Assembly: GCA_035482825.1 (NCBI GenBank)
Contig: DATHQJ010000044.1
Location: 2,164 to 66,163, forward strand
Direction: 5' to 3'
Length of the DNA: 64,000 nt
Source: Candidatus Binatus sp.
GTDB lineage: Bacteria > Acidobacteriota > Terriglobia > Terriglobales > Acidobacteriaceae
Numbering within the stretch: position 1 is the stretch's first letter; each line of letters begins with the position of its first letter. This document shows, piece by piece, positions 17,582-26,318 of this stretch. The notes beneath the pieces were generated by a model. The model searched no databases. It worked only from the letters and a program-made list of their open reading frames with translations, and had not been told where the DNA came from. A program made the translations under genes and the position numbers.

Positions 17582-19414
17582 ATGGTTGCATCCGCATTGC
17601 TCCGAACCCGTCTTCTGGCAGTCGCTCTGTGTGTGGGCGCGGTGGGCGCCGCGCAGCGAGAGACGGTTTCCGCGCAAACATCAAACAGCCCCGATTCGCA
17701 GAAAAACAGTATCAGCGGTCTGACCATTCAGGGCAGCCCCGATTCGCAAAGACCCGACCCGAGCGAACTAATCATTCATCAGAACGTGCGGCGCGTCGTC
17801 CTTGATGTAGTCGTTTCTGACGCGGCGGGAAAGCCGGTTTCCGGCCTCACCGCCGGCGACTTCGCCATCGCGGAGGACGGAAAGCCGCAGCACGTTCGTT
17901 CCTTTGACGTTCACGATTTCGATTTCATCCCAGACTCTCTCCCGAAGCATCCCGCTTCCCTGCCGACGAATACGTTCGTAAACGTCCCCACCGGTCCGGA
18001 ACGAGGACCACTCTACGTTTTGTTTCTGGATATTCTCGACATGAGTGTCGACAACCAGCTTGTGGCCCGTCAGCAAGTGATGAAGTTCATCCGGAGCAAG
18101 CCGCTGGGAACCCGGTTCGCGATCTTTGTTTTGAGTGACGGCCTTTACCTGGTGCAGGGTTTTACCGAGGACCGCAACCTGCTTGCGGACGCGGTGAATC
18201 CCAAGAACCCCCGTTCCCATATGCCTCAGGTTTTTCTCTACGCCGATAATTTCCAGGCTTATTATTCGCCGACCCGAGCGCTGACTGGTATCGCGAAATT
18301 TCTGGCTAATTTCCCCGGACACAAGAATGTGATCTGGCTCTCGGCGTCGTTTCAATCTGCGGTCATGCCCAGTTCCGATGCATCCGTGGAAGGCCTGAGC
18401 GCCAGCGAAGAAATCAAAGAGACGAGCGATACCCTGGCCCGCGGACAAATCGCGGTCTATCCGGTGGACGTTCGTGGCTCGGTCGTGACTCACGCGAGCG
18501 CTCAACCGGGCAGTATGGGGCCGGGTGGCATGGGGATGGTGACAAGCTCCGACAGTACGGACCTGAATGCCAGCTACCTGACGGAGAGAGGAATTGCCGA
18601 TGCGACCGGAGGCCGCGCCTTCTATGGCACGGATGACGTAGCGGCTGCGCTCACGGAGGCCACGGAGGTCGGCGGCCACTACTACACCTTTACTTATTCT
18701 CCCAGCAATCAGAACTACAACGGTCACCTGCGTCACATTCGCGTAGAACTGGCGAAGCGCGGCTATCATCTGGCGTATCGTCGCTCGTACTATGGCAACC
18801 CCGATTCGACGCAGTCGGAACCGGCGAAGGAGCGGCGTCTCGCAGCGGAACTCGAACCTTTACAGGTGGCCCGGCCCGCGGATTCGTTGTCTCCCAACAT
18901 GCAGCACGGCGCGCCTCTGGCGCACCAGTTGTTGTTCACCGCCCACATCCATACCCTTGCGCCGCCGGCAAAAGCCACGGCACAACAGATGGCGAACTTG
19001 GCGGATCAGCCGGCTTATTTTCATGAGCGCCGTTCCAACCGTCCGGCGAAACCTCCGCGACCCATCCAACTGCAGACCTACGAAATCGATTACACGGTTG
19101 CGGCGCGATATCCGGCATTGGAACTGGCAGCCGCGGCGTTCGACGCCGACGGGAAAATGCTGAATGCCGTCGTCCAACGGGCCGACGATAGCAGCGCGGG
19201 ACCAAAGCGCGAAGCGATCTATCGACTCCAGCAACACTTCGATGTGCCCATCACTGCAGTGTCCGTCCGGCTCGCAGTCCGGGATGTGGCCACTGACAAC
19301 GTCGGCGCCCTCGAGATCAATCTGCCGCTTGCCCCCGAGGAGAAAACCGCGGATGCGGCGCTGCATCCTGCGAGTCCGTCCTCTGATTCTTCCGATCCGT
19401 CAAAACAGCGTTAG
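17582..19414 (+). CDS. VWA domain-containing protein (VWFA-related acidobacterial family), paralog 2
   Basis: Signal peptide MVASALLRTRLLAVALCVGAVGAAQ. Motifs VVLDVVVSDAAGKPVSGLTAGDFAIAEDG, IAVYPVDVRG, DATGGRAF, YTFTYSPSNQNYNGHLRHIRVEL..RRSYYG. Confidence 0.88.
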   Translation: MVASALLRTRLLAVALCVGAVGAAQRETVSAQTSNSPDSQKNSISGLTIQGSPDSQRPDPSELIIHQNVRRVVLDVVVSDAAGKPVSGLTAGDFAIAEDGKPQHVRSFDVHDFDFIPDSLPKHPASLPTNTFVNVPTGPERGPLYVLFLDILDMSVDNQLVARQQVMKFIRSKPLGTRFAIFVLSDGLYLVQGFTEDRNLLADAVNPKNPRSHMPQVFLYADNFQAYYSPTRALTGIAKFLANFPGHKNVIWLSASFQSAVMPSSDASVEGLSASEEIKETSDTLARGQIAVYPVDVRGSVVTHASAQPGSMGPGGMGMVTSSDSTDLNASYLTERGIADATGGRAFYGTDDVAAALTEATEVGGHYYTFTYSPSNQNYNGHLRHIRVELAKRGYHLAYRRSYYGNPDSTQSEPAKERRLAAELEPLQVARPADSLSPNMQHGAPLAHQLLFTAHIHTLAPPAKATAQQMANLADQPAYFHERRSNRPAKPPRPIQLQTYEIDYTVAARYPALELAAAAFDADGKMLNAVVQRADDSSAGPKREAIYRLQQHFDVPITAVSVRLAVRDVATDNVGALEINLPLAPEEKTADAALHPASPSSDSSDPSKQR

Positions 19415-19509
19415 AGCTTGCGGCGCCAGCTATCGGGCATCGAGTCGGTGGGGCTAGGCTGCGACGCACGCATGGTACGATGATGCTCTGAAAGCAGATT
19501 TCAGCCCCG

Positions 19510-20730
19510 ATGATGGGGTTAAAGCAACAGGCAGTGGGTGCGCGAACGGGAATGGGAGCGAATTGCAGGTTATTCCGTAGCAAGCATACAGAGCCAAGAT
19601 TCGCGCTCATCCGATTGCACCTCTCGCGATTGCCCATAGTGTTCTTGCTCCTCGCGCTTTTTCCTCGATTTTGTTCTGCCCAAGCCAACTCTGCCACGTT
19701 TTCCGATCTCGCCTCCAAGGCCGTCGCCGCCCGCGATGCGAACGACCAGCCCGGCGCGATCGCCCTCTACCAGCAGGCCCTGAAACTCAATTCAAAATGG
19801 CCCGACGGATGGTGGTTTCTGGGCTCGCTTCAGTATGGAGCCGGCGCGTATGCCGAGGCCCGCGATGCTCTCTCGCACTATCTTGAGCTCACTCCCAACG
19901 CCGCTCCGGCTCTGGCCATGCGGGGGCTCTGCGAATTTGAAACCGGCGACTATGAACCATCGCTGAAGGATATTCAGCGAGCCCTGGCGTTCGGTGCCGG
20001 AAACCAGCCCCGCAACGAAAAAATCCTTCGCTACCATGAAGCGCTTCTGCTCACCCGCACCGGCAGGTTCGAAGACGCCCTGCGAAATTACGCTTTTTTC
20101 GCCCATCAGGAGGATTTGAACCCCGAACTTCTGACCGCGATGGGGCTGGCTGGCCTGCGCACCCCGCTGCTTCCGCGAGAGCTAAAGACCGATCAGCAAG
20201 AGATCTACATCAGCGCCGGCCGCGCGGCCTTTGACTTCATGAAGAGGGACCTCGACGCCGCGAGCGTCGACTTTCAGCATCTCTTCGAGCGGGTTCCACC
20301 AGTGCCTAACGCGCACTATCTTTATGGCTACTTGCTGTATGCAACCGATCCGGATCATGCGGTGGTTGAATTGAAGAAAGAGCTAGAGGTCAGTTCGTCC
20401 AATGCGGTCGCCGAAGTTATGCTGGCGTGGATTCCGCTCATGCAGAACGACGGCGCGCAAGCTCTGCCCTACGCCCGCAAAGCGGTGGCCGACGACCCAT
20501 CCCTGCCCAGCGCTCACCTCGTCTTAGGCAGGGCGCTCACGGAAACTGGCGATGCCAAAGATGGCGTCGAGCATCTGGAAAAGGCAGTGCAATGGCAGCC
20601 TGATAACCTTGAAGTCCACCTGGCTCTGGCCAAGGCCTATTCGAAGGAAGGGCGTAAAGAAGATGCGCGGCGGGAGCGCCTGCTGTGCCTTGAAATGACC
20701 AAGAATGAACCTCCGGCCACACATCCTTAG
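19510..20730 (+). CDS. Exported TPR repeat protein
   Basis: Hydrophobic signal ..LPIVFLLLALFPRFCSAQA, then TPR repeats (AIALYQQALKLNSKWPDGWWFLG.., AVQWQPDNLEVHLALAKAYSKEG). The start is uncertain (ATG 19510/19513, or internal, e.g. TTG 19615). Its 3' end overlaps the cytochrome gene by 26 nt. Confidence 0.8.
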   Translation: MMGLKQQAVGARTGMGANCRLFRSKHTEPRFALIRLHLSRLPIVFLLLALFPRFCSAQANSATFSDLASKAVAARDANDQPGAIALYQQALKLNSKWPDGWWFLGSLQYGAGAYAEARDALSHYLELTPNAAPALAMRGLCEFETGDYEPSLKDIQRALAFGAGNQPRNEKILRYHEALLLTRTGRFEDALRNYAFFAHQEDLNPELLTAMGLAGLRTPLLPRELKTDQQEIYISAGRAAFDFMKRDLDAASVDFQHLFERVPPVPNAHYLYGYLLYATDPDHAVVELKKELEVSSSNAVAEVMLAWIPLMQNDGAQALPYARKAVADDPSLPSAHLVLGRALTETGDAKDGVEHLEKAVQWQPDNLEVHLALAKAYSKEGRKEDARRERLLCLEMTKNEPPATHP

Positions 20731-21814
20731 CCCGAGCTTGCTCACAGGCGCATTGGTTGCGATCGCTGCTCTGACTGCCCTCTCTCCGTGGGCAGTTGCA
20801 CAAGGCAAGACCGAAACCGCTTGTGTGTCTTGCCACAGCGCACGGTCTCAGTCCCAACCGCGAACTCCCATGGGACGAGCCCTCGCGTTCCCGGGCGCGA
20901 ATCCGGTGCTCAAGGAAAATCCGAAGCTGACGGTCCGCAAAGGCCCGTACACCTATACGGTCGAAACTCACGGAGACGAAAGCACCTATAGGGTGAGCGA
21001 TGGCGCGCGCACCATCTCGATTCCCATTCACTGGAACTTCGGCCAAGGCGCGCAAACCTGGGTTCTCGATCACGAGGGGCATCGCTATGAGAGCGCGGTG
21101 AGCTTCTATCCATCGATTCCGGGCCTCGATTTCACCACCGGGGACGAGGATCTTAAACCCCAGAATCTTGAACAGGCAATCGGACGCGAGATCGAACTCC
21201 GCGAAACCAAAGTCTGTTTCGGTTGTCACGCCAGCAACGCTGTGGCAAACGGCAAAATGACTTACGACACACTGCGGCCCGGCGTGACCTGCGAGCATTG
21301 CCACGCCGGCACTGCCACCCACCTCAGCGATGCTCTTAACGGCATTTTCGAGACCGCCCCCCCGGATCTGGGGAAAAAGTCTTCCGAGGACATCTCGAAT
21401 TTTTGCGGCCAGTGTCATCGCTCCTGGGAGACGGCGGTTCGGAATCACTGGCGCGGCGAACTGACGGTGCGCTTCCAGCCCTACCGCCTGGCAAACAGCC
21501 GGTGCTTCGACGGCACGGATCCGCGCATCAGCTGCATCGCCTGCCACGACCCTCATCAGGACCTCGTCCGCCAGGATTCTTCCTACGATGCCAAATGCCT
21601 GGCATGCCACTCGTCGGGGGCGGCTCCAACCGCCTCAAGTGCGGTGGCAACAAGTTCAGCAACCCAGGCTCAGACCCACGCCAAGATCTGTCCCACCGCC
21701 AAATCGGAGTGCGTCAGCTGTCATATGCCGAAGGTCAAGCTGCCCAACGGGCACATCACGTTTACCGATCACGAGATTCGGATCGTAAAACCCGGTGAAC
21801 CTTTTCCCAATTGA
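20705..21814 (+). CDS. Heptaheme c-type cytochrome, paralog A
   Basis: Signal peptide MNLRPHILSPSLLTGALVAIAALTALSPWAVAQ. Seven CXXCH motifs: CVSCH, CFGCH, CEHCH, CGQCH, CIACH, CLACH, CVSCH. Confidence 0.9.
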   Translation: MNLRPHILSPSLLTGALVAIAALTALSPWAVAQGKTETACVSCHSARSQSQPRTPMGRALAFPGANPVLKENPKLTVRKGPYTYTVETHGDESTYRVSDGARTISIPIHWNFGQGAQTWVLDHEGHRYESAVSFYPSIPGLDFTTGDEDLKPQNLEQAIGREIELRETKVCFGCHASNAVANGKMTYDTLRPGVTCEHCHAGTATHLSDALNGIFETAPPDLGKKSSEDISNFCGQCHRSWETAVRNHWRGELTVRFQPYRLANSRCFDGTDPRISCIACHDPHQDLVRQDSSYDAKCLACHSSGAAPTASSAVATSSATQAQTHAKICPTAKSECVSCHMPKVKLPNGHITFTDHEIRIVKPGEPFPN

Positions 21815-21991
21815 ACTGAAAGCCGAAAGAGCAGATAATCAGTCCCCCGCCACTGAAGCTTCAATCCCCTGATCTGGGCGCACGGAAGCGGTGTAGAATG
21901 GCGCGTACTTTTAAATCACAGAGGGCGTTCCGGCTGACTTGGTAAGCAGTAATTGAAGCCGGCAGTTCCTCCGCATCACAGGATTTGTTTT

Positions 21992-24900
21992 ATGGCTAAG
22001 ACAGGCATGGTTGCGGTCTTCACCTTCATGATGCTGCTCGTCCCGCGGGGCTCTGCTCAAACCGCGCCGGCACCGAACGGTGACGCACCGCCAGCGCAGA
22101 AGAGTGAGAGCCCATCGATTGTCACCAGCGCCGATGAAGTCACGCTTGACATGGTGGTCCACAACAAGAACAACGAAGCGGTGCTCGATCTCAAGCCGGG
22201 CGACATCGCGGTTACCGACAGCGGTTCGGCGGTAAAGCTTTCCGATCTTCGACTGGTGACCGGGCAGTCGGCGGCGCAGCACCAGATCACGCTGGTCTTC
22301 GGCCGCCTCGAACCCTCGGGCGCGAAAAACGCACGCGACATCGCCGCGAAGATCCTCAAGATGGTCCCGGCTAACCAGTTCTCGTTCTCGGTACTCAAGA
22401 TTGAGGGACGTCTCCGGCTGTATCAGGAATTCAGTTCGGACCAGGGCACAGTGAAGAAAGCGGTGGAGGCGGCAACCGAGATCCATGAGGGTAACAATAG
22501 TACAGAAGATGGCGCCGCAGTGCCGGAGAAGAACCTGATCGCAGCGGCCCAGACTGGAACAGATTCTTCTGGAACGCGTGTCAGTATGCAGGAACGCAAT
22601 TCGGCCCGCGTGATTCTGGCCGCGCTCGAAGAATCGCAAAAGATTGTGCAGGATCAGCACTGCCGGCCTTGGCTGGCGGGTCTGCTGGCCCTGGCGCGAA
22701 CTGAGCACAAGATCGCCGGCCGAAAAGTGGTGATCTTTTTCGAACAGTCGGCGCAGCTCGATTCCGACGCGAGAGACATGCTGCTGAACATTGCCGGTGA
22801 AGCGAACCGATCCGGCGTCAGCATTTATACCGTCGACACCAACGCAGTAGACGAACAAGCCGGTGAAGGCTTGTTGGCCGCCGTTGCCATCGGAGGCGTG
22901 ATGGCGACCAACCACATGAGTCCCTCTTCGACGACGAGTGGATCTGGTCCAGGAACGATAGGACTTCCCGCGCCTCCGCCGGGGTCGATCACCGCAGGGA
23001 ACGATTCGCTAACCCGGATTGAAACCGAGGGTCTGAGTGGCTACAAGAGTCCTCTGGCCGCGTTGGCGGAGAATACAGGTGGAGCTTATATCACCGCCTC
23101 GGACCGGCTGAAAAAGCCGCTCTTGCACATGATTGAAGACATGACCACGTACTACGAGGCTTCCTACGTTCCTCCGACCCGGGAATACGACGGGAAGTTT
23201 CGGCCGGTCGTCGTGAAGCCGTTGCGAAAACACCTGAAAATACACGCCAAGGCCGGTTATTTTGCGGTAGCGCCGGACTCCGGATTGGCGATTCGGCCCT
23301 TCGAAGCTCCCCTGCTGAAAATCCTGAGCGAATCTCAGCTGCCCACGGACCTGAAGTTCAGATCTTCCATCCTCCGGCTCGGAGATCTGCCGACCGGCAA
23401 CGAAAATGCTCTTGAGATCGAGGTTCCTTTAGACGCGCTGCAAACCCACGACGACCCCAATTCCAATCTCTATTCCCTTCACCTATCCATCGTGGCCCAG
23501 GTGAAGAATAGTGCCGGTGAAGTCGTCGAACATTTCAGTGAAGACATCCCGCGGCACGGTTCTCTGGACTCCAAGGGGACCGCACAATCGGAGCCGATCA
23601 GGTTGCAACGGCATTTCGCCGTCGACCCTGGGAAATATACTCTGGAGACGGCAGTCCTCGACCGCAACAACGAAAAAGCCGGAGCGCAACGTCAGGATTT
23701 CGAAATCTCCAACGACACGTCGGGCCCATCTCTCAGTGATGTGACCATGGTCCAGCGCGTGGATCCGCTGCCCTCGGAACTGGACTCCGCCGAACCCCTG
23801 CAGTACGGGAAAGGCAAGGTCGTGCCCAGCATATCCGGCCACGTCCCTCATGGCGCCAAAGAAATCTCTTTCTTTTTTGTGGTTCATCCTGATTCCGCTT
23901 CGGCAGAACAGCCCACCTTGGAGATGGAAGTTCTAAAGAGCCACGAGTCGATTGCTCAAATGCCATTGCATCTGATGAAGACGAGTGGGCCGGGTTCCAT
24001 TCCATACCTGGCGTCGATTCAGTCCACCTCTTTGCCCAGCGGAGACTATGAGGTCATTGAGAAACTTACTCAGTCCGGCAAAACCACCGAACGCGGGGTA
24101 GCGTTCAGAATTGACGGACCTGAGTTGGCGGCCGCGACCACGCCGGATGGCATAGCCCAGCCGCAAAGTGACGACGCAGCCCTGGCCGCGACTTCCGGCC
24201 CTCAGCCGCCAGAATCCGACGGACACAAGACCCGCCGACTCGTTATCACCACTCTGCCAACCGGCGCAGTACCTCCGCCCACCGCCGACCAACTGGAAGC
24301 AATCGTCGTCGGCGCCAGAAAACGCGCACTCGACTACAGCCAGGCTTTGCCCAATTTCGTTTGCGTCGAAGTCACCAGTCGGTCGGTGGACCTGGCAGGC
24401 AACGGCAACTGGAAACATCGGGACTCGATCGCGGAACTCCTGACCTATCACGACAAGCAGGAGAGCCGCAGCACGCTCGAAGTCAACGGCAAACGCAGCA
24501 GCCTCAAACGTGCGGAAATGAATTCCACCTGGCCCATGTCGATTGGAGAGTTTGGCGGCCTTCTGAATCTGGTCTTTGCGCCCACCTCAAAGACGGAGTT
24601 CGAGTGGAAGGAAGCCGGGACTCTGGGTGATGGATCGGGAGCTCTGCAGGTGCTTAGTTATCGCGTGGCTCACGAAAATGCGACGCTCAATCTGAACGCA
24701 GGAAACAGCGACACCGTCGGAGTTGGCTTTCATGGCCTGGTGTACATCGACGCCACAACCAGCGGCGTTCGGCGGATTACGGTGGAAGCAGATGGCTTGC
24801 CCCGCACCTTCTCTATGCATGCTGCGGCGATGTCGGTCGACTATGACTATGTCGCCATCTCTGGGCGCGACTACCTGTTGCCGGTGAGTTCGAGCGTGAG

Positions 24901-24997
24901 CCTGCAGAGACACCGCAAGCAGATCGAATTGAATGAGATCACGTTCCGGAATTACCGGCGCTTCGCGTCGAGAACGAAAATCAAGATGGTTCAGTGA
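21992..24997 (+). CDS. VWA domain-containing protein (VWFA-related acidobacterial family), paralog 3, with ~300-aa C-terminal extension
   Basis: ATG 21992 with signal peptide MAKTGMVAVFTFMMLLVPRGSAQ. Motifs VTLDMVVHNKNNEAVLDLKPGDIAVTDSG, VSIYTVDTNA, ENTGGAYI, YEASYVPPTREYDGKFRPVVVKP..KAGYFA. There is extra C-terminal sequence after about residue 700. Confidence 0.88.
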   Translation: MAKTGMVAVFTFMMLLVPRGSAQTAPAPNGDAPPAQKSESPSIVTSADEVTLDMVVHNKNNEAVLDLKPGDIAVTDSGSAVKLSDLRLVTGQSAAQHQITLVFGRLEPSGAKNARDIAAKILKMVPANQFSFSVLKIEGRLRLYQEFSSDQGTVKKAVEAATEIHEGNNSTEDGAAVPEKNLIAAAQTGTDSSGTRVSMQERNSARVILAALEESQKIVQDQHCRPWLAGLLALARTEHKIAGRKVVIFFEQSAQLDSDARDMLLNIAGEANRSGVSIYTVDTNAVDEQAGEGLLAAVAIGGVMATNHMSPSSTTSGSGPGTIGLPAPPPGSITAGNDSLTRIETEGLSGYKSPLAALAENTGGAYITASDRLKKPLLHMIEDMTTYYEASYVPPTREYDGKFRPVVVKPLRKHLKIHAKAGYFAVAPDSGLAIRPFEAPLLKILSESQLPTDLKFRSSILRLGDLPTGNENALEIEVPLDALQTHDDPNSNLYSLHLSIVAQVKNSAGEVVEHFSEDIPRHGSLDSKGTAQSEPIRLQRHFAVDPGKYTLETAVLDRNNEKAGAQRQDFEISNDTSGPSLSDVTMVQRVDPLPSELDSAEPLQYGKGKVVPSISGHVPHGAKEISFFFVVHPDSASAEQPTLEMEVLKSHESIAQMPLHLMKTSGPGSIPYLASIQSTSLPSGDYEVIEKLTQSGKTTERGVAFRIDGPELAAATTPDGIAQPQSDDAALAATSGPQPPESDGHKTRRLVITTLPTGAVPPPTADQLEAIVVGARKRALDYSQALPNFVCVEVTSRSVDLAGNGNWKHRDSIAELLTYHDKQESRSTLEVNGKRSSLKRAEMNSTWPMSIGEFGGLLNLVFAPTSKTEFEWKEAGTLGDGSGALQVLSYRVAHENATLNLNAGNSDTVGVGFHGLVYIDATTSGVRRITVEADGLPRTFSMHAAAMSVDYDYVAISGRDYLLPVSSSVSLQRHRKQIELNEITFRNYRRFASRTKIKMVQ

Positions 24998-26211
24998 ATG
25001 CTTTCGCCCGCATAAATACCAATCCGGTGACTGCGCACTTTCGGCGTCAGTTTCTTACCGTTGGTATTTGAAAACAGCACAACCGAATCCTGCAGTGGCA
25101 TGTGGCAATCGATGCAGTTGCGGGCGATCTGCTCGCCCATTTTGGCATACTGCCCGCATTGCCGAGGCTGGTGGCAGCTCAGACAGTGCGACGAAAATGC
25201 CGCCGGGTCCTCCTGCGGCGTGTGGACATCATGGCAAGTCGAACAGGTCAGAGTAGTCGTGGACTGGAAACATTTGCTTCTCCTCAACAGCTGCACTTGG
25301 TTTCCGTGTACGTCCACCGCCTCCTCCGGGTTGGTGTACGGAATATCGATGTAGTCATCGAGCACATCGCCGGGAAGAAACGACAGGGCGGGCTGGATTG
25401 GCGTCCCGTTACCGGAATGACACAAGCCACATATATCGATTTGCCTGTCCCGGCTCAGCAAAGCCGGGTTGGTGATCGCTTCTGACGTACCGGCAGGTAG
25501 CCCAGACTTCAGGTGACGGCGAGCGACATGCTCGCGGCCGGGGCCATGGCACTTCTCGCACGTGATGCCCAGCACCAGGCTGGTCTTGCGATATCGGTTG
25601 ACCGGTGGCGGGAGCCAGTCGAAATAACTGGCGTGACATTCGAGACAGCGCGGAATGATCACCTTGTCGAAATGGGGCGAGCCATCGGGATAACTCGGGC
25701 TGTTGACCCAACTGTCGGTTGCGGTCCAATAGGTCACCGGCAGTTGGAAAAGCTGCTCTCCTTTCCAGAACAGATAACTCTGCCCTTTCCGCGCGGAGCC
25801 CGCCACCACGTCGATGCGCTCGGTCCGCGAAAGTTTCTTGGTGGGGGAAAGCTCTTCCTCCGCGCTCTGAAAATAGCCGTCTCCGCTAACCGTCATCTTG
25901 AACGACAGATACGGATTTGAGGTCTTCAGAATATTGGAGTCTGGGGTGAAACTTCCTTTCATCGTACGCTGGCTGGGCCAACTGGTTGCGAGATGATGCG
26001 CCGTCTGAATGAATGTCTTGGCCTTCTCCTGATGACAGGAACCACACACGGAATCTCCAACGTAATCCACGCGGGCAGGCGGCTTCTTCTCCTCCGCGGA
26101 AAGAGAAGCCGGCATCAGCACAAGAAACAAAGCCAGGAAACAACCGGACGTGCTTCGATTCAAAGAAAGCGAATTCCCCCACACTCGTGCCAGCTCTCTT
26201 TTGCGAGTCAC
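24991..26211 (-). CDS. Heptaheme c-type cytochrome, paralog B
   Basis: Seven CXXCH motifs: CGSCH, CLECH, CEKCH, CGLCH, CSTCH, CLSCH, CIDCH. Signal peptide ..GCFLALFLVLMPASLSAEE. The start is GTG 26211, or alternatively TTG 26163. Confidence 0.88.
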   Translation of the reverse strand: MTRKRELARVWGNSLSLNRSTSGCFLALFLVLMPASLSAEEKKPPARVDYVGDSVCGSCHQEKAKTFIQTAHHLATSWPSQRTMKGSFTPDSNILKTSNPYLSFKMTVSGDGYFQSAEEELSPTKKLSRTERIDVVAGSARKGQSYLFWKGEQLFQLPVTYWTATDSWVNSPSYPDGSPHFDKVIIPRCLECHASYFDWLPPPVNRYRKTSLVLGITCEKCHGPGREHVARRHLKSGLPAGTSEAITNPALLSRDRQIDICGLCHSGNGTPIQPALSFLPGDVLDDYIDIPYTNPEEAVDVHGNQVQLLRRSKCFQSTTTLTCSTCHDVHTPQEDPAAFSSHCLSCHQPRQCGQYAKMGEQIARNCIDCHMPLQDSVVLFSNTNGKKLTPKVRSHRIGIYAGESIH

Positions 26212-26318
26212 CGTTTATCGTGAGATTCGCTTGCGGGTGGCCCGGTTGCTCAATTATGCTCAACTTCGAGGAAAGTCGTTATCTTGCGAGTTTCGCAGAG
26301 GCGATCATTGCCACATCA

